Origin: Macrostomum hystrix
Taxonomy: Eukaryota > Animalia > Platyhelminthes
Direction: 5' to 3'
NCBI GenBank assembly: GCA_950097015.1
Contig: CATNEN010000033.1
Coordinates: forward strand, 4,340,001 to 4,404,000
DNA length: 64,000 bases
In this document: positions 1-12,434 of the stretch, one piece after another
How the letters are laid out: every line of letters starts with the position of its first letter
How positions within the stretch are numbered: the first letter of the stretch is position 1
Position numbers and translations under genes: made by a program
Notes under the pieces: model-generated
Databases searched by the model: none
What the model was told of the DNA's origin: nothing
Seen by the model: only the letters and a program-made list of their open reading frames with translations

Positions 1-2
1 TG

Positions 3-674
3 GCTGACTGCAACAGACAGTGCCGCCTGACTCGCCTCAACAATAGTCAGGTTGGTACCGCCGAAGTCTTTCTTGTCCGACGACGTCTCTGCGCCTGTCC
101 GAAACCGCGAAACCGTGGAGCCCAATGTCCCGGCGTCGGAATCGAGCGCGTTCGCTGCCGGTGCGAGTCTTTGGCCGACAGCCTCCGCGCCTTCCTCGTC
201 ACAGTGCCTGGTGCGCTGACGGCAGCCGGGGCCGCGATCGGCGTCTGCGTCCTAGCCGCCTGCTGCGTAGTTCGCGCTCGCTTCGACCCAGACGGAGACG
301 ATGACGAGTTGGAAGTTCGGAACAACGGCATTCCAGTGGCTTCAGGCTGCGCTGTTTCTCTGGTTGAGCTTCCGATTGAGCAAACCTCACTGCCCCACAG
401 CGGCAGCTCCCTAGTTCCCGGTTCTGGGGAGTCGACCGCTACACTTCAGCAGCCTGACGGACGCTACCAGGGGATTTCGCGATGCCAGCGACAACCAGCG
501 TCTTCTCCACCCGAGCCTCCAGCAAGAAGACGAAAGCGACGACCAGCACCATCACCGCCTCCAACCCTGCAGCAAGAACCATCGGCATCTGCTAGACAAG
601 CAATGAATTCTTTGTCTTTGTCACGCTCGATTACAGTCAAGTATTTCTCACAAGTTTCTGATGATGTAGTTTAA
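3..674 (+). CDS. 3' end (5'-partial) of a single-pass membrane protein with a juxtamembrane thrombospondin type-1 repeat
   Basis: The frame is open from base 3: ADCNRQC...VRRRLCACPKPRNRGAQCPGVGIERVRC matches the TSP1 pattern (C..C..RxRxC..PxP..G..C.G.....C). It is followed by a hydrophobic segment (AFLVTVPGALTAAGAAIGVCVLAACCVV) and a Ser/Pro/Gln-rich tail ending at the stop at 674. Confidence 0.7.
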   Translation, partial: ADCNRQCRLTRLNNSQVGTAEVFLVRRRLCACPKPRNRGAQCPGVGIERVRCRCESLADSLRAFLVTVPGALTAAGAAIGVCVLAACCVVRARFDPDGDDDELEVRNNGIPVASGCAVSLVELPIEQTSLPHSGSSLVPGSGESTATLQQPDGRYQGISRCQRQPASSPPEPPARRRKRRPAPSPPPTLQQEPSASARQAMNSLSLSRSITVKYFSQVSDDVV

Positions 675-2901
675 TGGATAAATACATGCATTTTATTCGT
701 ATTTAGATGTACTTGTCAATAAACATCTAATATCGCATTTTCGCGCATACACGAATATTTACGGCATACAAATTGAACTTTGGATCGACATGACCGGACG
801 CTGAATTGAAGTCCCTTTCCTATTCTGGAACTTAGTTTTCGAATATAAAATATAACCAAGTTAATTTTAACTCAAACTATTACGAGTACTAGCCCGAGGT
901 TTGCGTAAATTTGATAAACCTACGATAGGAATCTGTAGCAGTTTTATTACCAATACCATTTAGTAGATCAAAAGCCTTCAAATGTAAGGTTTCTTCTTTT
1001 TTAACTGTTTTATTTTGATGATTTAATTTCATAACTTATAACTTTTTTATGTGATGTAGACCAACAAATAGGCGATCTTGAAAATTATCACAAGAACGAA
1101 GAACGAGGAAAATGTTCTGAACTCTGTCTGGATTTTATGCTTTTCATTTAGTTATGGTAAACATATTAAGGAAAAGGTCTCCAGGAAATTTTTTGCATGT
1201 CAGTTGCTTAAGAGCCTTGTTTACACAATGCAAGTGGCAAGCGAAATTATCGGTTTCTCACTACGTGACTCACAACTGCCGATTGTAAAGATTAGAGTAA
1301 GATGTAGCATATAATTGTTTCAGTGCCTGCAAAAAAATCAACTAAATATTTGTATGACCGTTTCAATATTTTGACCGTAAAAATAAAATTTGCAACTGAC
1401 ATTTTGCCGACAAAAGACAGTGCTATTTCAAGGACAACAGCACACGACAAACATATGATCGCATACACTCGTTACTCGTATAAGGGAGTGTGCAATTTTA
1501 AAATAGAACTTTCTTGGAAATCGAACTAAATGTCAAGTCAGCCGAATCCAAACTGAAAACTTCTTATTGTCAAATCAAATTCGTAATTTTAATATTTCTC
1601 CCAACAGATACTTAATTAAATATAGATCGTGTTATTTCAGTAGTCTATTAGACGCATTTTTCAGGAATTATGCCCAAAAGTTATTTAGAAAATATGCTTT
1701 TAGCACTTACTTGACTAGTGTTGAATGTTATAAAGTTTTACAAATGTAGATATATACTTTATTTTAGTAGTTCTTGACCCTAGCATTCCATTTATTTTAA
1801 TTTCAGTAAAATAGTAGCAATATAGGCCTATACTCTCGTAGGTTGTAGCTATATAATATAATGTCGCTTTCCTAATGCTGATATTTGCATATCTATAATT
1901 TTGGTTTGATAGATCATTGATATACGATTTAATTGCTAGCTACTTGATACATGATTAATGGCCATCAACACTGACATGTCCTGGAAATTCGTTTTTAGGA
2001 TTCAGTTTTTATATAAAAGCAGTGCAATTTTTTTCATATTAGTTAACATTTTCATCATAAAAAAATAATCAGAAAATTAAGATCTCTTAAAATAAAAACT
2101 CTAAATATATGAAACAATGATAGCTATTTATTAGGCCTTTTTGGTTATTACTATATATGTATTTGTTAAAATTAGTTTTTTTCTATTTTCACATTCTAAC
2201 AATATTGTTTTAATAGATATCTTCTCAAAGTGTATGTATGTTGGTTTGCCCAATTTATTAAATCTTGACTTAAATGAGCATATAAGAGATAGAGTTGCAT
2301 AGATAAATTTGAAGTATTGTGATTGACTTATTCAGTTAACAATTTTTACTTTTAAATAGAACTGCTTTCAGTTTAAGTTCATGTCAGCCTACAATATCAA
2401 CACTTTAGGTATATCATTTTTTACTTTGCTGAAAAGCTAGTAAGTGATATTCTAAGATAGTGACCAGCTAGAAAACTCATTTACCTTTTGTGCGATTAGT
2501 TTCTCATTTATCCTGATTCTAGATAGTTTCTAAAAAAATGGTGATATTATGTATATCAAAGTGTTTTTGATAGCTTAAATTCTTGTAAGCATGCAACCAT
2601 GATCAATTATCATTGCTACTCTTGGACTAAAAATTTTGCAGTGAATACAAAAACTTATGGCTTAGGATTTATAGGCTAAACTAAAAAGCTTGCAAATCTC
2701 TTGCTTTAAATTGTAGAGCTAAAATTTACACTGCCAAGATAGGACCTAAGATAAAAATTTTCTTACAAAATCTTTATAGTATGACCACTTCAGTCTTGTT
2801 TTTTCAATAGCAGTTACCCTGTTGACAAGCAGCTATACAGTATTTTGTGTATCATGTGTATATGCACACTGCAAAGGTTGCTTTTGCAGCCCTAATCACC
2901 T

Positions 2902-5900
2902 ATGCCAGACTATTACCTGCATATTCGCCGACATCGCCGGGGTGGCCACCTCGTCCTGGATGCCTGGCGTCGCCAGCTGCGCGATCAATTCAATATTGAA
3001 GAAGCCGGCGGCGGTGACATCCTCCTGCTGACACTGCTTGATGGCGATGGAGCCGCCGATGGCAATGGCAAGTCAAAGACGCCCTGTTTGACTGGCCACG
3101 AACGGGCGGCCGCCTGCTCCCGCGCTCTGGCTCAGTGCCGCGCTGACGGACCTCTGGCTGAGGTGTTCGGCGGCGGGCGCGTAGGAGGCTCCAGCGTCGG
3201 TGGAACCTCCTGGCTGGATGCAGATCCTTCGCTGATGCGATTCTGCAAGCGAAAGGTTTGTAACTAGCTCTGGTTTCGATAGAACTGGCTGCTGGAGGAG
3301 CTGAAGGCTGATGGACATTCAGTAAGGTGGGGTTGAAGGCTGATGGACAGTCAGCAAGGTGGGGCTGAAGGCTGATGGACAGTCAGCAAGGTGGAGTTGA
3401 AGGCTGAGTGAATGGTGTCACAGATTGCTATCGGAAGGGATTAATGCCAATGCAAAGCTCCCAAATCCAGGGATTTCTCCGTTCGCACGGGCCGCTGCAT
3501 CGGCCCGCCGAGGCCCGCTCGGTGTGGCGCCGCCTGCTGACCTCCACCCGGCCGCCCGTCGATCAGCTGCGCGCCTACTTCGGCGAGCCCGTGGCTCTGT
3601 ACTTCGAGTGGATGCACTGCTACAGCTGCTGGCTAGGGCCGCCCGCTGTGTTCGGCCTGCTGCTCTCTCTGGTGTCCCTCCGCTCCGGAGTGTCCGTGGA
3701 CAACAATCCCTACCTGTCGTTGTACGCAGTCGGCCTGGCTGTCTGGGGCTTCGCCTTCCTGAAGCTGTGGCGACGCCGCGAGACAGAGCTGGCGCACGCC
3801 TGGGGCACCCTGGGCCTGGTCCGGCTGGCCTCCAAGCTCAGGCCCGAGTTTCAGGGCTGGAAACGGATCAGCCCCGTCACTGGGGAGCCGGAGATTCATT
3901 ATCCGAGGTGGGAATACACGTTTTATCAGTAGCTATCCTAGCATCAAGATATGGGATCTTCATTAACAACTTGGGGATATGGGATTTTATCAATCAGTAT
4001 CCCAGAATAGGGATATTAAAATGTATTTATTACTATCCCAGAATGGGGACATTGGTTTTTTTTCAATAAATTTCCTAGAATGGGGATATGGGATCTATCT
4101 ATCCCAGAAAGGTACTTGTTTGTATGTAAACGCAAAAAATCATCACTCAGGTGGCGTCGCCGGCTAAAGCAAGTCTGCACCGGCCTAGCAACCGTTGCCA
4201 TGCTGCTAGTCGTATTCGTGTACACGGTGTGCAGCCTGAATCTGCAGGGCATGGTGGAGCCGGTGCACAGGTTCAACTACACCAACCCCTTCCACATCGG
4301 CCCGCTGGCCGCGCACGCCAGGCCTGGCGGAGTTTTCGACCGCTCGCGAACCGACCGGGCCGTCCTGACAGCCGTGCTGCACTCGGCCGGAGTCTGCCTG
4401 CTCAACCGGCTGCTGTTTCGGCGCGTAGCCGAGGCTCTGACCAAATGGGAGAACCATGCCACCGTGGCCGAGCACGAGTCCGCTCTGGTGAGCTCTCTGT
4501 CTCACTCTACTCTCCCCGTCTCACTCTACTTTCCCCGTCTCGCTCTACTCTCCCTGTCTCACTCTACTCTCCCTGTCTCACTCTACTCTCCCTGTCTCAC
4601 TCTACTCTCCCTGTCTCACTCTACTCTCCCTGTCTCACTCTACTCTCCCCGTCTCACTCTACTTTCCCCGTCTCGCTCTACTCTCCCTGTCTCACTCTAC
4701 TCTCCCTGTCTCACTCTACTCTCCCTGTCTCACTCTACTCTCCCTGTCTCACTCTACTCTCCCTGTCTCACTCTACTCTCCCTGTCTCACTCTACTCTCC
4801 CTCTCCCACTGATCCCCTCGCCTCCAGGTGCTGAAGCGCTACGTCCTGGAAGCCTTCGACTACTACGCCGCCCCGCTCTACCTGGCCTTCTACGAGCTCG
4901 ACGTCCTGGCCCTGCGCTCCGCCCTGTTCACCCTCTTCGTTGCCGACTGCCTCCGTCGCCTAGCAACCGAGCTGCTTCTGCCGTGCTGTATTCGCCTGGC
5001 TCACGACCGGGCTAGGCGACTCCGCGACGCCGCCGCCAAGAAGACTGACAGCGGTGACGATGGCGAGCCTCCCATCGGCCCGGCTGGCGATGGCGATGGA
5101 GGCGGTGAGGGCGAAGATGCGATCGCCGATCGGCGCGTGGCGGACAAGAGCCTGCTAGCCGAGGTGTCCTGCGATCGCTACGAGCAGTTCGACGACTACC
5201 TGGAGATGTGCATCCAACACGGCTACATCCTGCTGTTCGCCTCGTCCTTCCCGCTCGCTTCGCTGCTGGCCATCGTCACCAACGCTGTGGAGACTCGCTC
5301 CGATGCCTTCAAGCTGTGCTTCGTGACCAGGTGGGGCCAAGATTCAAGCTTACTCTTCCAATAATCTTGTAGGCAATATTTTTATTATAATAATTGATTA
5401 CACCTGACACAATCGGGCCAGAAGTGCCGCCGACAGCACGGCCGCAGCTATTGCGCGGCGCATCAGAAGGCTACTTACGCTGTTCAGTCCATGGACTGGA
5501 AGATGCCACACCTACCCTCAATTACCCCAGCTAATGCTGGAACACGTTTAACAGCTGAGTGGACTCAAACAAAGCTGAGTTCAAGTGTCTTGCTGAATGA
5601 CACAAAATTTTTCCGTGCAGTCGTGAATCGAACCCTCGACCTTGAATTCGTCCGTCCACTCTGAATCTAATGCATGGTAGTTTTATCTAAAATTTATTAT
5701 CCTAAGTTGTTATATGGGATTTGAACTGGAAATAACCTTTGGATGGATAGGAATTGGACTTAAAAAACTGTAATCAGTAGATAGGATATTTTTAACTAGA
5801 ATCTCCCAATGATAAGATCCCAAAATTCACCGATCCCCCAGGCGCCCAGTCGCTCCGGCCGGTGTCGCGCGCCAGTCGTCCGCCTGGCAGTCGGTGTTGG

Positions 5901-6271
5901 CCGCCCAGACCTGCCTGGCCGCCTTGACCAACGCCGTCATCATTTGCGTGTCCTCCGAGCAGCTGGTTGCCTGGCTGCCCGCCCTCTACGACACCGCGGC
6001 CGCCGCCTCAGCCTCGTCGGCGGAAGCCATCATCGCTGCTGGCATGGGCCGCTACGTTGTCGCCGCGGCATTCGTCATCGAGCACGCCATCCTGCTGGCT
6101 GGCGCCCTCATCCACCTGTCCGTCAGCGACGTGCCCGCCTCCGTTCGGGTCGCCTTGGACCGGCGCCTCTTCCTGGCCGAGACCGCTGCGGCTGCCGCAG
6201 CAGCTGGTGGCACTGACGCAGGCGCTGCTGTTTGCTGCGGCGTCGGTGGCGAAGCTCAGAAGACTGAATGA
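2902..6271 (+). CDS. ANO10: Anoctamin/TMEM16 (ANO10/TMEM16K-like), 5 exons, ~686 aa
   Basis: Exons 2902-3255, 3471-3907, 4151-4487, 4828-5330, 5842-6271 are all GT-AG with compatible phases (2061 nt). Family motifs: PLH, QLRAYFGEPVALYFEW, WENH, FDDYLEMCIQHGYILLFASSFPLA, NAVETRSDAFKL, RRP. ANO10 versus ANO8 orthology is from recall of motifs only. Confidence 0.88.
3301..3407. repeat. 32-bp tandem repeat, ~3.3 copies (ANO intron 1)
   Basis: Unit CTGAAGGCTGATGGACAGTCAGCAAGGTGGGG. Confidence 0.8.
4490..4808. repeat. ~19-bp CT-rich minisatellite filling ANO intron 3
   Basis: Unit CTCACTCTACTCTCCCTGT with variants. Confidence 0.9.
5395..5665 (-). mobile_element. tRNA-derived CORE-like SINE (family 2)
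   Basis: The minus strand has B-box GGGTTCGATTC followed by CAGCAAGACACTTGAAC...AGTCCACTCAGCTGTTAAAC, resembling the CORE/MIR central domain. Its 3' part (CAGTCCATGGACTGAACAG...GCAATAGCTGC) is shared with 58345-58605. Confidence 0.65.
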
Positions 6272-6436
6272 GCGTGGGATAAAGATTCCAGGAATCGAGC
6301 TGGGATCTTCGCCTCAAATTGATGGGTTTTTTTATTTTGTGAATTGATATTCAATGTGCGGGAGATTCATTCATTGGGGATTTTTTAAAGGAGATTCTTT
6401 GGGTGACAGATTTTGTGCGTGTGGCATTTCGTAGGT

Positions 6437-6712
6437 GGGCATTCTAGGAGTGAGAGATTCTAGGAATGGGAGATTCTATGAGTGGGAGATTCTTGGAATG
6501 GGAGATTCTAGGAATGGGAGATTCTATGAGTGGGAGATTCTTGGAATGGGAGATTCTAGGAATGGGAGATTCTATGAGTGGGAGATTCTTGGAATGGCAG
6601 ATTCTAGGAATGGGAGATTCTAGGAGTGGGAGATTCTAGGAATGGGAGATTCTTGGAATGGGAGATTCTAGGAATGGGAGATTCTAGGAGTGGGAGATTC
6701 TAGGAATGGGAG
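6437..6712. repeat. 16-bp minisatellite with 48-bp higher-order period
   Basis: GGGAGATTCTAGGAAT / GGGAGATTCTTGGAAT / GGGAGATTCTATGAGT. Confidence 0.85.
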
Positions 6713-7374
6713 TTTTCATGAATAGGAAATTCCGTGGATGAGTTTCTGTGAGTGGGAGACTGAGTTTGAGAGTTTCTAAATGCGAAACCTTCTGATTGTC
6801 ATATTTTACTAGTTTAATATTTCAAGCTTCTAGATCATGGGAATGACTGGCGATCGTGAATACTCTGACTCATTTGAACTATAAAAGCTAGAATGAATAC
6901 GATTCTCTCCTAGAAAATCGAATTATTTATTTGTTTCTCACAATCCCTTGGATGCAAAATTCAACAAAAAGTATTGTGCATTACCTGAGTAGTACTTGCA
7001 ATAGTTGCGGGGCAAGTCTTGCCTATTTTAATTAGCACCATTTTTAAGGTCTGTTGTACTTTTGGAAAGTGCCTTTGTTAAATCTCTACCACTTAAAGAA
7101 CGAAATAATCCCATGTTTATAAATGAGTTGACTTCAGAATCCTTTTAGCTAGTGATTCGTAAATATCAGTATTGTAGATTTGAAGCTTTTAAACCACGGT
7201 TTAGCAAAGTATTTTTTAATTAACTGCGATTAAAAATATATTTATGGCCTTAATTTTTTACCTTAAAGCGCATCAAAATGTCGTTAGTCCTTTTTTTCCT
7301 TGAAAGGGATTCCGGATTGAGTGCAAAAGTGTTCAAAATATTGGTTGGTACATCTTAGAGCTTTTAAAATTTGT

Positions 7375-7480
7375 ATACACTCTAGAACTGTACAAATATA
7401 TGTACACTCAAGAACTGTACTAATCTGTGTACACTCTAGAACTGTACTAATCTGTGTACACTCTAGAACTATACAAATCT
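7375..7480. repeat. 27-bp tandem repeat, ~4 copies
   Basis: Unit ACTCTAGAACTGTACTAATCTGTGTAC. Confidence 0.75.
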
Positions 7481-7570
7481 GTCATCACACTGTAGACCGA
7501 GTACAAGTCTTTGTACAATTCAGGGCTATATAAATCGTATAGATCAATTAGGATTTCCAAACGCACTTCA

Positions 7571-9505
7571 ATGTCTTTCCAGCCTCAGTCAGCTTCTCAG
7601 CCGCTGCTGCTATTATGCTGCATCGCTGTCGCGTCGGCTTCCTCGTCGGCATCAGGGTCGGCCCCGTCGATTCTGGTGGCCGTGGCGGCGCGCAACAAGG
7701 CGCACTCGCTAGGCCACGCTCTGGCCTGCCTGCGCCGTCAGCGCTACCCCAAGCACCGGCTGGGCCTTCTGCTGATGGTGGATCACAGCGCGGACGCCAC
7801 CGCCGCCGTGGCTGCAGAGTGGAGCCGAAGCCTGCGGCCATGGTACAGCTTCGTTCAGCTTCTGGTGGGGAGCCATTTTACTAGATATAAAACTTGATAT
7901 AATTTCTTTGCGCCCTACTGATAAGTAGTGTGATTTAAAAGCGAATTCTAACGATTCTAACGTCTTTCCATCCATAGCTTATATGAAAAATTTTCATTCG
8001 TAAATGAACTTGACTCATTGAATATCTCGATTCCCTGACAGGTTGAATCCGAACCGACCGCCTACCCGGGCGAGGCCAGCCAGCTGGACTGGCCGGCGTC
8101 CCGCATGCTTCGCCTCATCCGCCTGCGCCAGCGGTCGCTGGACACGGCCCGCCAGCGCCGATTCGACTTCCTCCTGCTGCTGGACGCTGACGCCCTGCTG
8201 ACGGACCCGACAACGCTGCGAGCTCTGGCAGCCGCGGGCCGACCAGTCGTGGCGCCGCTGCTGCTGACCGGACGGCCGCACTCGCTGGCCGCCAACTTCT
8301 GGTCGGCCATTGGCCAGGACGGCTTCTACAGGCGGGGCGCCGACTATGCCAGAGTGCAAGGCCGTCAGCCCGGCTGGGTCGGCCTGCAGCCGGCCGCCGT
8401 GCTGCACACCTGCGTGCTGCTGTCCACCAGGTCCAATATTCGGCTGCACCCTCCGCCTCGCGATTACCCGGTGGATTGGCCCATAGACGATTTGTCCCTG
8501 TTTCACTGGGCTGCCAGAGGCCTGCAGCCTCGCATTGACAATCGGCGCGTCTATGGCTTCTACCCGGCCTCGGCTGTGGAGCCAGCGGAAGGCCTGGCCG
8601 CCGACCTGCTGGAGCTGGGCAGCTTTCGTCGCCTTCTTACGGATCTGAGGGATCAACTGGCCACCGCACTTCCCCATCCGCATCCGCGTCAACATCCGCG
8701 TCAGCATCCTCATCAACGTACGCGCCCCCCGCCGGTGTTCATCATCGGCCTCGCCAGGCGGCCTGAACGCCTGGCCCGCCTGTCCGCCGCGCTGACAGAC
8801 GCCGGCTGGCCTCACCGGGCCATTCGCGCCGTCGACTGGCGCAGCCTTCAACGTCGCCGAGGTCGGCGACGCCCGATGCGGGCGCTGCCCGGCTATCGCG
8901 ACCCGGCGAGCGGCCGGCCGCTGACCCTTGGCGAGGCCGCCTGCCTGATGAGCCATCGGATTGTCTGGCGTTTAATTCGTAGACTTCGTCTGGATCGGGC
9001 CATCGTACTGGAAGACGACGCCGACCTGTCGCCGGAGTTCGAAGCCCTGACTACGGCGGCGCTGGCCGAAGCCGACGCGCTGCCGACCTGGGATCTGCTG
9101 TACCTGGGCAGGAAGCCGCTTCAGGTTGGAGCGGAGAGACCCGTGCCAGGCAGCCGCTGGCTGCTGCTCCCAGGCTATTCGCACTGGACTGTGGCCTACG
9201 TGCTGACCCGATCGGGGGCCAGGAAGCTTCTTCGCCTGCGTCTGCTGCCCGACCGTCTGGTGCCAGTCGACGAGCTCCTGCCGGCCGCCTACGGAGTCAG
9301 CCCGCACGCCTGGTCTCGCCAGATTGTCTCGCCGTCCGACGATCAACTGGCCGCTCTGTCCGTCTGGCCACTGCCGGTGGAGCCGCACCGTTACACCGGC
9401 ATGCCGGGTCACCGCAGTGACACGGAAGACGCGCCGATGCTTTTGTCGCCAGAGCGGCAGGCGTTTGAGCGGCTTATCGATGAGATGGCGCGGTGTCCGG
9501 CTTGA
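7571..9505 (+). CDS. COLGALT1: Procollagen galactosyltransferase (COLGALT/GLT25D, GT25 family), 2 exons
   Basis: Exon 7571-7864 (signal peptide, ARNKAHSL, DHSADAT) joins exon 8042-9505 in phase 0. Motifs: LLLDAD, NFW, VLEDD, LLYLGRK, YSHWTVAY, PVDELLP, SDTE. Confidence 0.88.
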
Positions 9506-10519
9506 GAACCAATTGTTAATCCCAATTTTTAAATACTCGTACTGCTTCAATTAGAACTGCGCTCATTACTTAGCTTTTGTACAGTTTGCGTGAACGTATA
9601 TGTAGTTCGAATGTACTTAAAAAGTATGGATGTACTTTTTAACGTACGCATGTACTTTTTTGATTAAGCGTGTACTTTTTTTGGTATGCGTGTAATTTTT
9701 AAGTACTTTTTAAGTAGGCATGTACTTCGTTTCTTTTTCAATAAACAAAGTACTTTTACTACACAGTTAGAAGGTAGAAAATACATCTTCCAGATGGGCA
9801 AGGTGAGCCCTTTCTTCAAAACGCGAGTACATGTTAAAAGTACATACGTAATTTTCCAGAAGTGCTGGTTCCGCTTTCATTTTTCCCTTTTGGCATTTTT
9901 TCTGCAATTTACGAGGTAATTCTGTAAATAGTAAACTATTACGAACACATTACTTTCTTCCTGTATCAGATTTTTAATGCACTTTTACACTTTGTTTTTA
10001 AGTGGTTTACTCACAGCTGTTCCAGCTTTTGTTTTGATAAATCGAACTCACTTATCGCCGGTAATTAATGTTTAGCAACTGTAGTTTCTGTGTTTGACAA
10101 TGAAAATTCCTTTCATATCCTTATATTACTAGCCTATTAGCCTATATACGTGCGTGTTTTTTACAATCGATTGTGCTAATTCACAGCTCCCATTTTTAAT
10201 CGGCTGTGCGGGCAATTAGGAATGGTCTAAAACCTTTGTTATTAACAGTCTTTTCCGCTGAAGCTGCATTTATTGCGTTAGTGCACCAGTTTAAAATGAT
10301 TATTATTCCATTCGCCTTTTCATTATTCTATAAATTGGGCTTTTTCTTAAATACACTGCCCTTGCCAGCTTGTCTTCAACAAGAGATTTGAGTAACTGAT
10401 TTACGACCTATTAAGCATTTTTCTTTGAGTTTGAGATTTCAAGTCTGATTGTTCAAACCTGCACTGCTACCAATGTCCACCCTCCCTGCAACACTCGCGC
10501 CTCTACCTCACCTTGTTAC

Positions 10520-10585
10520 TTCTCCATCTCTCATCTCTTCTCCATCTCTCATCTCTTCTCCATCTCTCACCTCTTCTCACCCCTC
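10520..10585. repeat. 18-bp CT-rich short tandem repeat
   Basis: Unit CTCTTCTCCATCTCTCAT. Confidence 0.6.
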
Positions 10586-11474
10586 TCTCCTCTCACCTGT
10601 CTCATCATCAGCATCATTTTTTCTTCCTTTGCTTGTTTGAAATTCTTCTTTCTATGTCGATCGATAATGTTTAGCCTTATTAGCCCCTTACTTCCTTTGT
10701 CTCGTTTCTCTTAATTAATTTGTACACCTTCTTTGCAGTTGTTTTGCTGCTTCCAATTTAAACCCTTGTCAATAATCTGATTTGTTAAGGCTCTCCTCGA
10801 AATGAAAAAAATCCATTTTCTATGACACTGTCGAATGAAAATGCGAGTTTGAATCGAGTTATTTTCTTTGAAAGCTAATGAACCTTGCTTGGCTCTCAGA
10901 ATCGATCTGTTCCATCGGTATTTTCGAGTCATTGGTAGACTGTTTTTTGGAGTCCAGCAACGGTTGTTCCACGCATTGAATGTCTATGGCCACGACTTGC
11001 TATATCCGTATTGTTAAACTAACTATAACTTTGGGCCATAGACATTTAGTTGCACTGCTTCGACTGTCTACGGGTTGAACCCTGAAAATCATACAATTGC
11101 TATCTCGTGCACCAAACGTATACTCCGCATATGGACACAATTCATTTATTAATTACTGGTATCAAATCTGAGTAAAGTAAATTCTAGAAAATGCAAATGT
11201 ATTAACTTTTACTGAAAGGGGCATGAGCACTCTGTTAATAAAAGTGCAGTGTCATGCTTGCGGCTAATCATTTAGGCGATTCCAGCTGTCGGCTTCCAGT
11301 GATTATGGATCAGTGTGGCAGCTGCCGCGGTCGGCTGACTGACAAACCTTTGATTGAGTTATTCATTGTACGAGTAGCTATACTGTGTGCGATCATAAAC
11401 CATGATTGAATACCACGTGCACTCTGTTATTGATCCTTACTGTCATATTTCATTGTGTAGAACCTCTCAGAATG

Positions 11475-12370
11475 AGCTTTGCTTTAGCTTTGCTTTAGCT
11501 TTGCTTTAGCTTTGCTTTAGCTTTGCTTTAGCTTTGCTTTAGCTTTGCTTTAGCTTTGCTTTAGCTTTGCTTTAGCTTTGCTTTAGCTTTGCTTTAGCTT
11601 TGCTTTAGCTTTGCTTTAGCTTTGCTTTAGCTTTGCTTTAGCTTTGCTTTAGCTTTGCTTTAGCTTTGCTTTAGCTTTGCTTTAGCTTTGCTTTAGCTTT
11701 GCTTTAGCTTTGCTTTAGCTTTGCTTTAGCTTTGCTTTAGCTTTGCTTTAGCTTTGCTTTAGCTTTGCTTTAGCTTTGCTTTAGCTTTGCTTTAGCTTTG
11801 CTTTAGCTTTGCTTTAGCTTTGCTTTAGCTTTGCTTTAGCTTTGCTTTAGCTTTGCTTTAGCTTTGCTTTAGCTTTGCTTTAGCTTTGCTTTAGCTTTGC
11901 TTTAGCTTTGCTTTAGCTTTGCTTTAGCTTTGCTTTAGCTTTGCTTTAGCTTTGCTTTAGCTTTGCTTTAGCTTTGCTTTAGCTTTGCTTTAGCTTTGCT
12001 TTAGCTTTGCTTTAGCTTTGCTTTAGCTTTGCTTTAGCTTTGCTTTAGCTTTGCTTTAGCTTTGCTTTAGCTTTGCTTTAGCTTTGCTTTAGCTTTGCTT
12101 TAGCTTTGCTTTAGCTTTGCTTTAGCTTTGCTTTAGCTTTGCTTTAGCTTTGCTTTAGCTTTGCTTTAGCTTTGCTTTAGCTTTGCTTTAGCTTTGCTTT
12201 AGCTTTGCTTTAGCTTTGCTTTAGCTTTGCTTTAGCTTTGCTTTAGCTTTGCTTTAGCTTTGCTTTAGCTTTGCTTTAGCTTTGCTTTAGCTTTGCTTTA
12301 GCTTTGCTTTAGCTTTGCTTTAGCTTTGCTTTAGCTTTGCTTTAGCTTTGCTTTAGCTTTGCTTTAGCTT
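11475..12370. repeat. Perfect 11-bp satellite, ~81 copies
   Basis: (AGCTTTGCTTT)n with no variant unit seen. Confidence 0.97.
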
Positions 12371-12434
12371 CTCAAATCTCTTAAATCTAAATGTCAGAAG
12401 CCCCTTAGAAGTCTGTCCGCTTGCTCTGTCTCTG

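Noticed and set aside
3256-3282. 27-nt intron plus mini-exon as the main anoctamin isoform
   Set aside because: Direct 3255-3471 splicing gives a gap-free match to the ANO10 pattern (SLMRFCKRKGFLRSHGPLH). It is kept only as a minor possibility.
11270-11360. Enhancer-like cluster (TAATCA, CAGCTG x2, CCTTTGAT)
   Set aside because: Short motifs are expected by chance in 64 kb, and it cannot be supported without conservation or chromatin data.
11475-12370. Telomere-like array
   Set aside because: The unit AGCTTTGCTTT has no G-run and is not TTAGGG-like.
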